From IMG/VR virus record IMGVR_UViG_3300009103_000001, positions 124,001 through 188,000 of that record: DNA of 64,000 nt. One strand, given 5' to 3'. Made by a program: the position numbers and the translations under genes. The notes beneath the pieces are model-generated. The model was given only the letters and a program-made list of their open reading frames with translations. It was not told where the DNA came from and did not search any database. This document shows positions 56,667 through 64,000 of this stretch, piece after piece. The stretch's first letter is position 1. The number at the start of each line of letters is the position of its first letter.

Positions 56667-56674
56667 TATTTATA
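56667..56674 (+). promoter_or_regulatory. Candidate phage late promoter TATTTATA
   Basis: Upstream of the tail sheath gene. Confidence 0.55.
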
Positions 56675-56710
56675 TAAAAAATAACTTAGAAACAAAAAAA
56701 TAAAAATTAA

Positions 56711-59494
56711 ATGCCTGATAATAAGATATTCGTATCACCTGGTGTATTTACATCTGAAAAAGATTTAAGTTTTGTAGCCCAACAAGTTGGTGTTACCACA
56801 TTAGGTGTGGCTGGAGAAACTGTAAAAGGACCAGCTTTTGAACCCATATTTATAACAAACTATGATGAATACACAACAATATTTGGTGGATTAAATCCAG
56901 CTAAATTTAGTGATAACAAACCAAAGTATGAAACATCGTATATAGCAAAAAGTTATTTATCACAATCAAATCAACTTTTTATTACAAGAATTTTAGGTCT
57001 TACTGGTTATGACGCTGGTTCGGCTTGGATGATTACAACGGACGCTAATTACGACCCAGATACAATAGTTACTGGTACTACATCAGCGTTTAGGGCTGAT
57101 TTTAGTGGTGGAACAACATATTTTAATTTTACCGATACTTTTGGTCCAGGTGGAGCTGTTGACGCGATGTGGTTATATAGTTTAGGTTTATTCCCTAATG
57201 GACCAACCTTAACAACAGAAGCCGTACCTGGTATTACCACAACATACCCAGAAGGTATTGTTTTCACAAAAACAGCACCAACAACATTTAGTGGTACTTC
57301 AGCGATAGTTACATTATTAAGTGGTTCTAGTTTAAGTGGTACTATAACTGGTACAACTACAGATTATACAGCGACAGCATACACAGAATATGAAGGTATT
57401 GTATTAGCTATGTTAAGGTCAAGAGGTAGTGTTTCTAGTGATGTGTTATCATACGATACTTTACAAACAAGTGGTGGTGTTGAAATAAATATTAATGGAG
57501 CATCTACTGACCCAGAAGCTGATTTTGAATTATCCGCAACAACATCTAGTAGTGTTGTTAAATATGATGTGTCTTTAGATACTACAGCAAGAAATTATAT
57601 AACTAGAGTATTGGGTACGGATTGTTTTGATAAAGACGCTTTAATATTTGTAGAAGAACAATACCCAAATTTATTGGCAGATTTAATATCCAATAACTAT
57701 ATTTTAGGGTTAAATGGTACTTTAGCTTTTACAACTGATTTTGACAACTATCAACAACAATGGCAAACACCTGAAACACCATGGGTTGTTTCTGAACTAC
57801 GTGGTAATGTTGTAGATAAATTATTTAAATTTATAACAATATCGGATGGTAATTCAGCAAATAAAGAAATTAAAATTTCTATTCAAAACATTAAACCAGA
57901 TACTAAACAATTTGATGTTGTTGTTAGAGAATTTTATGATACAGATTCTAGACCTTCAATTGTTGAAAGGTTTGCTAAATGTGTTATGGACCCAACTGAT
58001 GACAATTATGTAGCTAGAAGAATAGGTACAGCAGATGGTGAATTTAGTTTAAGAAGTCAATATATAATGGCGGTTATGAATGAGGACGCACCAATAGACG
58101 CTTTCCCAGCAGGATTTGAAGGTTACATTGTTAGAGATTATGACGCTGGTGTTTTACCACCTAGTTTAGTTTATAAAAACACTTATGACCCAACAAATGA
58201 AAGAATTAAAAAGGTTTATTTAGGACTTTCTAATACTGTAGGTATAGACCAAAATATGTTTAACTGGAAAGGTTATACTAATGACAGTACACCAAATCAA
58301 TGGACGGCAACAACTAGTGGTTTCCATATGGATAGTGGGGCAACTATAGCCGGTGATTTTGTTGTTGGGTGTTGTCCTTTTAGAACTACAGCTGGAATTG
58401 AAGGTACTAATTATGAATCTATTTTCTCTAGAAAATTTACTTTCGCACCTTACTTAGGGTTTGATGGTTGGAATTGTTATAGACAATCAAGAACAAATAC
58501 TGATAGGTATAAGGTTGGTAAAGCAGGGTTTACAGCAGGTTTAGCTTCAACTGAATTTACACAGTATGGTTCTGATTTAGGTAATTCAGATTATTACGCT
58601 TACTTAGAGGGTATAGAAACTTATCAAAATCCAGAAGCGGTTAATATAAACGTATTAGCAACACCTGGTATAGATTACTCAGAAAATGAAGACCTTGTAG
58701 CATTAACAATCGATATGGTGGAAGAAGATAGAGCTGATTCAGTGTATATTTTGACATCACCAGAAGGTGTAACTTATGATAATAGTGCTCAACTAACTGG
58801 TATAGGGTTTACTACAGCAGATGTTCTAGCACCAGAAGATATTGTTGACTTATTAGATGTGGCAGATATTGATTCTAATTATACAGCAACATATTGGCCT
58901 TGGATTCAAGAAAGAGATACAGAAAATAGTTTAAATGTTTGGTTACCACCAACATTAGAAGTTGTTAGAAATATAGCTTTAACAGATAACGTATCTTTCC
59001 CTTGGTTCGCTTCAGCTGGTTATACAAGAGGTCTTACAGAAGCTCTTCAAGCTAGACTTAAACTTACTGAGGAAATGAGAGATACATTATATGAAGGAAG
59101 AATTAACCCAATGGCAACATTCTCAGACCAAGGGGTTGTGATTTGGGGTAATAAAAACCTACAAATTAAAGATTCTTCTTTAGATAGACTTAACATTAGA
59201 AGATTGTTATTACAAACAAGAAAATTAATTTCAGCAGTAGCTGTTAGATTATTGTTCGAACAAAATGACCAAATAGTTAGAAATCAATTCCAAAACTTGG
59301 TTAACCCAATATTGGAAAATATTAAAAGAGAAAGAGGTTTAGCTGATTTTAGAATTCAACTATCTGATGACCCAGAAGAAATTGATAGAAATGAGTTAAG
59401 AGGTAAAATATTCTTAAAACCAGTACCTTCATTAGAATTTATTATATTAGAGTTTAATGTAACTTCTACTGGGGCTTCTTTTGATGATGTATAA
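56711..59494 (+). CDS. Contractile tail sheath protein
   Basis: FVSPGVFTSEKD N-terminus; PWFASAGYTRG, INPMATF, WGNKNL, LNIRRLL, LEFIILEF C-terminus. Confidence 0.9.
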   Translation: MPDNKIFVSPGVFTSEKDLSFVAQQVGVTTLGVAGETVKGPAFEPIFITNYDEYTTIFGGLNPAKFSDNKPKYETSYIAKSYLSQSNQLFITRILGLTGYDAGSAWMITTDANYDPDTIVTGTTSAFRADFSGGTTYFNFTDTFGPGGAVDAMWLYSLGLFPNGPTLTTEAVPGITTTYPEGIVFTKTAPTTFSGTSAIVTLLSGSSLSGTITGTTTDYTATAYTEYEGIVLAMLRSRGSVSSDVLSYDTLQTSGGVEININGASTDPEADFELSATTSSSVVKYDVSLDTTARNYITRVLGTDCFDKDALIFVEEQYPNLLADLISNNYILGLNGTLAFTTDFDNYQQQWQTPETPWVVSELRGNVVDKLFKFITISDGNSANKEIKISIQNIKPDTKQFDVVVREFYDTDSRPSIVERFAKCVMDPTDDNYVARRIGTADGEFSLRSQYIMAVMNEDAPIDAFPAGFEGYIVRDYDAGVLPPSLVYKNTYDPTNERIKKVYLGLSNTVGIDQNMFNWKGYTNDSTPNQWTATTSGFHMDSGATIAGDFVVGCCPFRTTAGIEGTNYESIFSRKFTFAPYLGFDGWNCYRQSRTNTDRYKVGKAGFTAGLASTEFTQYGSDLGNSDYYAYLEGIETYQNPEAVNINVLATPGIDYSENEDLVALTIDMVEEDRADSVYILTSPEGVTYDNSAQLTGIGFTTADVLAPEDIVDLLDVADIDSNYTATYWPWIQERDTENSLNVWLPPTLEVVRNIALTDNVSFPWFASAGYTRGLTEALQARLKLTEEMRDTLYEGRINPMATFSDQGVVIWGNKNLQIKDSSLDRLNIRRLLLQTRKLISAVAVRLLFEQNDQIVRNQFQNLVNPILENIKRERGLADFRIQLSDDPEEIDRNELRGKIFLKPVPSLEFIILEFNVTSTGASFDDV

Positions 59495-59504
59495 TAAAAA
59501 CAAT

Positions 59505-59539
59505 AAAAAGGGGATTAAATTAATTTTTTTCCCTTTTTT
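59505..59539 (+). terminator. Possible intrinsic terminator after the sheath gene
   Basis: aaaaagggga...ttcccttttt imperfect stem with a long loop, followed by a T run. Confidence 0.35.
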
Positions 59540-59543
59540 AATA

Positions 59544-59551
59544 TATTTATA
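59544..59551 (+). promoter_or_regulatory. Candidate phage late promoter TATTTATA
   Basis: Upstream of 59567. Confidence 0.5.
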
Positions 59552-59566
59552 GTAAAATAGAATATT

Positions 59567-60079
59567 ATGTCAAAAATTATAAAAAAAGGTGAATTAGATT
59601 TAGTTATTGAATCAACACTAAAAGAAGTAAAATTAAATGTAGATAGTGGCATTGAAGTTGAGTTAGACTCAAACTTAGAAGTTAATGAGGCTAAAACATA
59701 TAATACTTCAAAAAATAATTCTTCTACTAAAGTAGAGGCTAAAACATATAATACTTCAAAAAATAATTCCTCAAGTAAAACCGAATCTGAAGATGTTATT
59801 GGTACTGGTGATACTGGTGATTCTGATGAAGCTGGTGCACCTGAGTCTGAAAAGGGTGAAAAAGAGTTTGATAAAGATGAAGATAAAACAAATATCTCAG
59901 AAAAAGAAAATACTTGTGATGATTGTGGTAAGTCTAATGAAGATTGTGAATGTGAAAAAGAAGATATCGTTGAGGTATCAGTAAGTGATTTGGCAGAATC
60001 AGTTGTTAAAACAACACAAAACGACATATTAAAAGAAAGTCTTGAAAACTTTAATAAACTAATAAATTATAGAAAATAA
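59567..60079 (+). CDS. Acidic low-complexity protein, possible head-internal/core protein
   Basis: 170 aa, rich in E/D/K/S; 16-aa tandem repeat; late motif upstream. Confidence 0.6.
   Translation: MSKIIKKGELDLVIESTLKEVKLNVDSGIEVELDSNLEVNEAKTYNTSKNNSSTKVEAKTYNTSKNNSSSKTESEDVIGTGDTGDSDEAGAPESEKGEKEFDKDEDKTNISEKENTCDDCGKSNEDCECEKEDIVEVSVSDLAESVVKTTQNDILKESLENFNKLINYRK
59687..59779 (+). repeat. 48-bp tandem duplication (EAKTYNTSKNNSS twice)
   Basis: gaggctaaaacatataatacttcaaaaaataattc starts at both 59687 and 59735. Confidence 0.9.
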
Positions 60080-60086
60080 TTAAAAA

Positions 60087-60797
60087 ATGACTAAAAGATA
60101 TAAAATCAGAAAAGAACAATTAGAAAGAGTAGTAGAGTCTTTCGTAATGGAGTCAGCAGCACCTGAAGCTAAAAAACATGTACAGGGATATAATGATAAA
60201 GAAGATGAGTCTTTAGGTATGAGAACTGGTAAGGAATCTACTAAAAAACAATCTGATAAAGCTCGTAGAGATGATTCATATGGTAAATGGGGTAAAAGAG
60301 GTAAATATGGACCTGAAGCTAAAAAACATAAAATGTCAATGGGAGCTGAACAAACTGATGATTCTGGTGAAGGTATGAAAAAACCTTCAGTTGCGAAATC
60401 TATGAAGATGAAACACGCTCCTGAAGCTAAAAAACATGTTAAAGGTGGTTCACTTTCTGAAGCTAAAAAAAAAGAAATAACTAAACTTTTAGAGAATGGT
60501 GACATTTCTGAAGCAGAATTACAAGAATTTTTCGGTATTGGTTCTAAAATGAGAAAGAATAAAATCGAAAAGGAATTAAAAACTAGAGCATTTGCTTGGA
60601 CAAAAAAGGGAGCAATATCAAAACCTAGTCAACAAGACTTAGATGATATAATGAAAAAAGCTGAAGAAGATGATTATAGTGGTACTATAAGAATACAAAA
60701 CGGTAAAATCGCATATCAAACACAAGATGAATTTATGGCTTCTGGTGGTAAATACCAAGGTTCTGGAAATCCACAAGGAGGTGGTTTTGCTGGTTAA
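60087..60797 (+). CDS. Charged low-complexity protein with PEAKKH repeats, possible head-internal protein
   Basis: 236 aa; cctgaagctaaaaaacat at 60162, 60312 and 60420. Confidence 0.6.
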   Translation: MTKRYKIRKEQLERVVESFVMESAAPEAKKHVQGYNDKEDESLGMRTGKESTKKQSDKARRDDSYGKWGKRGKYGPEAKKHKMSMGAEQTDDSGEGMKKPSVAKSMKMKHAPEAKKHVKGGSLSEAKKKEITKLLENGDISEAELQEFFGIGSKMRKNKIEKELKTRAFAWTKKGAISKPSQQDLDDIMKKAEEDDYSGTIRIQNGKIAYQTQDEFMASGGKYQGSGNPQGGGFAG

Positions 60798-60815
60798 TAC
60801 TAAATAAAACTAACT

Positions 60816-60847
60816 AAAAAAGGTGTCTAATAGACACCTTTTTTTTT
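60816..60847. terminator. Bidirectional intrinsic terminator
   Basis: aaaaaaggtgtcta-a-tagacaccttttttt between convergent genes. Confidence 0.8.
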
Positions 60848-61190
60848 ATAACCTTATTTCATATTTTTGTAAAATATGTTTATTATTTTCTTTTAAAATA
60901 CCACTTGATTCGTAGAACACTATTAAAGTTTTATATGATAAAAAAGCCGTATCTCTATTAAATTTTGTTATCTTATGCCAACTATATGTTAAAAAAGACA
61001 GTATAAGTACTGGTAAATAAAACATATAACTATATCCTAATAAAAATATAAGTATAGATATAATAAATTGTGACATAAAATGATTAAATCTAGTATTAGA
61101 TTTATCGGTTAATTTATTAACATCATCAACAGATTCTTTTATTTGTGAATCCATTAATTTTAATATTTCAATATCATTCATTTTAACCAT
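60846..61190 (-). CDS. Small membrane protein
   Basis: Hydrophobic stretch FIISILIFLLGYSYMFYLPVLILSFLTY. Confidence 0.6.
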   Translation of the reverse strand: MVKMNDIEILKLMDSQIKESVDDVNKLTDKSNTRFNHFMSQFIISILIFLLGYSYMFYLPVLILSFLTYSWHKITKFNRDTAFLSYKTLIVFYESSGILKENNKHILQKYEIRL

Positions 61191-61216
61191 TTTATTATAA
61201 GTATTTTAATATATTA

Positions 61217-61224
61217 CAAATATA
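61217..61224 (-). promoter_or_regulatory. Bacteroidota-type -7 box
   Basis: TATATTTG on the minus strand, 26 nt upstream of the ATG at 61190. Confidence 0.5.
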
Positions 61225-61229
61225 GTGAA

Positions 61230-61237
61230 TATTTATA
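61230..61237 (+). promoter_or_regulatory. Candidate phage late promoter TATTTATA
   Basis: Upstream of 61254. Confidence 0.5.
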
Positions 61238-61253
61238 TAAAAAACAAATTTTA

Positions 61254-62114
61254 ATGAATAAAATTCTAATAACAGAGTCACAATATGGTAAATTAAGGTC
61301 TTTTTTATTGGAAATGAGATTGCGGTCTTATATTTTTGATTGGGACGATAATATACTTCATATGCCAACTGAGGTATTAATAGACAAAAAAGTTGACGGT
61401 GAATGGGTACCAATGTCTATGGCAACAGGTGATTACGCTAAATTTAGAGAAGACCCAAATTATAGATTAAGAAATAATAAACCTTCCCAAGCTTTTAAAT
61501 GGTTCTCAGATAATGATGCTTTTATAAAAGATGTTAAAAAGGCAATACATCATGAAAGTTTTGCACCTAGTTTTAACAAATTTAAAGAAGCTTTAATAAA
61601 TTCTAATCCATTCGCAATAAATACAGCAAGAGGACATCAACCAACTACAATTAAAAAAGGTGTAAGAATTTTTATTGATATGGTTTTAACAGATAGTGAA
61701 AAAAATGAGATGGTCAATAATATTAGGAAAAATTTAAAATTAGCTGAAGGGTTAAATGACGAACAAACCATTGATTTATATTTGGATGAACTGGGTGAGT
61801 ATTATCCAGTATCTTCAGGTGAGTTTGGCAAGAGATTTGGTTTAGATGTACACGGAAGTGCAGCTAGTCCTGAACACGCTAAAAAAGTTGCTATAGAACA
61901 TTTTACTAAAAAAGTATTTGATAATATGGACAAACTTATAAATAGTGGTTATAAAAAAATGTCTGTTGGATTTTCTGATGACGATTTGGGTAATGTTAGA
62001 GCTGCTGAAGAATTTATAGAAAATGAATTAAATAAAATGTACCCTGAGTTACACTTTGTTGTTTATGATACATCAGATAAGGGTATAAATAAGTTGGTCA
62101 TCGAAAAAGAGTGA
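61254..62114 (+). CDS. HAD-superfamily phosphatase-like protein
   Basis: IFDWDDN (DxD), INTARGH, GFSDDD. Confidence 0.6.
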   Translation: MNKILITESQYGKLRSFLLEMRLRSYIFDWDDNILHMPTEVLIDKKVDGEWVPMSMATGDYAKFREDPNYRLRNNKPSQAFKWFSDNDAFIKDVKKAIHHESFAPSFNKFKEALINSNPFAINTARGHQPTTIKKGVRIFIDMVLTDSEKNEMVNNIRKNLKLAEGLNDEQTIDLYLDELGEYYPVSSGEFGKRFGLDVHGSAASPEHAKKVAIEHFTKKVFDNMDKLINSGYKKMSVGFSDDDLGNVRAAEEFIENELNKMYPELHFVVYDTSDKGINKLVIEKE

Positions 62115-62626
62115 AAAAATTAATCAAAAAAATATTAAAAGAAGAGTCAAAAGATTTTGATTGGACAAAGTCTGTAGACCCATTAGATGATTTTAGTGAT
62201 TATTTTTATGGTACTGGTAACTACATCTTTAGAAAAAATACTCCAGGTAGATATATTAGACGTGATAGTGGTTGGTGGCGTAATTGGATTGAAGACGTTG
62301 AAATGGCACACCCAGCTATTATGGAAGATGTGGCAGACCTAGAGGATATGGTTGGGGATTTAGTTAATCCAAGAAGAGGAAAAACTAAAGAATATAAAAA
62401 GTTAGCTGTTGATGTTTATGAGTTTTTTAAGGGGGTAAGAGTATTGGGTGGTAAGAGTATTATTGAAGACTCTGCTTCAACAATATTAGATGCTTATAAT
62501 ATCTTTGGTTTATATGCTGAACAAAATAATTTAACAATATTTGAGGTTATGGACATTTTTACTAGTTGGTTGGATAAAATGGATAATGAAGGTATACCAT
62601 TACATGACAAGAACAAAGATGGGTAA
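62111..62626 (+). CDS. Hypothetical protein
   Basis: 171-aa ORF starting MKKLIKKILKEE. Confidence 0.6.
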   Translation: MKKLIKKILKEESKDFDWTKSVDPLDDFSDYFYGTGNYIFRKNTPGRYIRRDSGWWRNWIEDVEMAHPAIMEDVADLEDMVGDLVNPRRGKTKEYKKLAVDVYEFFKGVRVLGGKSIIEDSASTILDAYNIFGLYAEQNNLTIFEVMDIFTSWLDKMDNEGIPLHDKNKDG

Positions 62627-64000
62627 ATTAAGTTACATATTAGAAGAGGTTATACTAGAATCTCGTAGAAAGGATGTTATTGAAAAACATAGAAAAATTT
62701 TAGATGGAGGTTTTGGTGATACTTTTGGTGAAAATCCGACACATTTAGACGGTAAATGGGTAGATTCTTTTGATGATGTCGTGATTTGGGTGGAAAAGGA
62801 GTTATCGCACCCAAAATACTTAGATTTTGTTTTAGGTGGGTTATGTTGTGGCGGATATGGTGCAGAACCAGATTATATGGTTGACTTAGTTAATGACTTT
62901 CATGAATTATCAGAAAGAAATTACATAGAAAATAAGGATATATACTCCAAGGAATATCAATCATCACCTAGTTCTAATTACACAGATTTTAATAGATTAG
63001 AAGAAGTTATAGAAAACGCCAAAATAAATTTAGAAAAAAAAGAAACAGAAAAAAGAGTTAAAAAAGATAAAGTAGTAATATATGAAGATGATAGGTGGCG
63101 TGTTATAGTACCTAAAACACATGAAGCTTCTTGTCATTATGGGGCTGGAACAAAATGGTGTACAACTAGTAAAGACGAGGTTGGTCATTTTACTAATTAT
63201 ACTGATATAGGTATATTATATTATATATTAGATAAAACAAAAACATCTGACGTAGATGATGTTATGTATAAAATAGCCTTATTTTTAAGGTATCGTGTAA
63301 CAAAAGAAGATTTTGGTGATGTTTATACAGCTATACCATTTAATAGGGCGGCAGAAATGTTTGATTCACAAGATAGAGAGGTTAATTTTGAACACGTATT
63401 ACCACTTTTACCAGCTGAGTTAGAAAATAGTGTAATAGCATATTATTATAAGATAATAAAAGAAAATAATAATAGATTTGAACATAACACCAAAAAAATG
63501 TTTGTAGATAATAATTATCTAAATATTTTTATTGATAAATTTAATACAAAAACACTAAATGATGACTTTTTTAGTGGTATGGGTACTTTAGATTGGGACG
63601 TAAAAAATACTCATGGTTTAGTTTTCTTTAATTTTGGTGACGCGACATATTATTTATATTTTTTACCCACAACCAAAAATAGTGAAAATTCATATTTATA
63701 TGATTTGTATGTTCGCAAACACGGTAGTGAGGCTAATATTCGAATTGATAAAGAATTTTTACCAGAAAGACAAATATCTAAAAAACTTAAGTTAGGACAA
63801 GATGAAAAATCTATTGTAAATGATATGATGGATTATTCTGTGTATGAGGTTTTAGCGGCAATAAAAAGACACTATTTTAATAAAAAAATTGAATCTGGTG
63901 ATTCTAAAACATATATTGAAAAGGATAATACTATATATTGGAAACCTTTAAATAGTGCCTCTTCTTATAAATTTAAATATCCACCTAAAGAGGGTTCATT
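62619..64000 (+). CDS. Partial CDS with ASCHYG-GTKWCT motif (PcfJ/WCT-like phage domain)
   Basis: ATG at 62619; reads MGKLSYILEEVILESRRK...VPKTHEASCHYGAGTKWCTTS and appears to run off the window end. Confidence 0.6.
   Translation, partial: MGKLSYILEEVILESRRKDVIEKHRKILDGGFGDTFGENPTHLDGKWVDSFDDVVIWVEKELSHPKYLDFVLGGLCCGGYGAEPDYMVDLVNDFHELSERNYIENKDIYSKEYQSSPSSNYTDFNRLEEVIENAKINLEKKETEKRVKKDKVVIYEDDRWRVIVPKTHEASCHYGAGTKWCTTSKDEVGHFTNYTDIGILYYILDKTKTSDVDDVMYKIALFLRYRVTKEDFGDVYTAIPFNRAAEMFDSQDREVNFEHVLPLLPAELENSVIAYYYKIIKENNNRFEHNTKKMFVDNNYLNIFIDKFNTKTLNDDFFSGMGTLDWDVKNTHGLVFFNFGDATYYLYFLPTTKNSENSYLYDLYVRKHGSEANIRIDKEFLPERQISKKLKLGQDEKSIVNDMMDYSVYEVLAAIKRHYFNKKIESGDSKTYIEKDNTIYWKPLNSASSYKFKYPPKEGS

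Noticed and set aside
59515-60505. Antisense ORFs 59515-60027 and 60080-60505
   Set aside because: Mirror images of low-complexity plus-strand genes that have promoter motifs and leaders
1-64000. Eukaryotic giant virus, suggested by SET, SNF2, PolB and many GTs
   Set aside because: The contractile tail sheath, T9SS CTD gene and overlapping bacterial-style operons indicate a bacteriophage
1-64000. Stop-codon reassignment as in some large phages
   Set aside because: Long intact ORFs in the standard code; TAG and TGA are used as real stops (for example 3814, 7742, 8587, 46747)
1-64000. tRNA or rRNA genes
   Set aside because: Intergenic gaps are short and AT-rich, and no cloverleaf or rRNA-like segment was seen by eye; tRNAscan was not run

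Overview
This window is a segment of a large, strongly AT-rich myovirus (jumbo-phage-like) genome. It is read in the standard code, and no tRNA, rRNA or CRISPR array is visible. A contractile tail sheath gene, a type-B T9SS C-terminal-domain gene, TAnnTTTG promoter boxes and A-rich leaders without Shine-Dalgarno sequences point to a phage of a Bacteroidota host. Layout: (1) 1-22.7 kb, minus strand, a glycan-building island with Gmd, a ColD-type His-for-Lys dehydratase, an Fcl/ColC-like reductase, about 11 glycosyltransferases, 2 sulfotransferases, 3 methyltransferases and an amidotransferase, plus PhoH, an HslV-like protease, dUTPase and an exonuclease; (2) 22.8-32.7 kb, a late operon of unknowns with a WYL-like protein, then PolB, a DHH phosphoesterase, small accessory genes and an SNF2 helicase; (3) 32.8-54.4 kb, neck, tail-spike and LamG-array genes; (4) 54.4-56.6 kb, SET methyltransferase, class I methyltransferase, patatin and an RHH-like gene; (5) 56.7-64 kb, tail sheath and probable head-internal proteins. 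The most notable observations are an apparently nested (Russian-doll) LamG architecture, a near cargo-less T9SS substrate that may act as a decoy, a family of late-promoter genes sharing T4-like I/L-x-E leaders, and a membrane-free colitose/fucose/sulfate glycosylation system. All calls come from reading motifs by eye; no database search was run.
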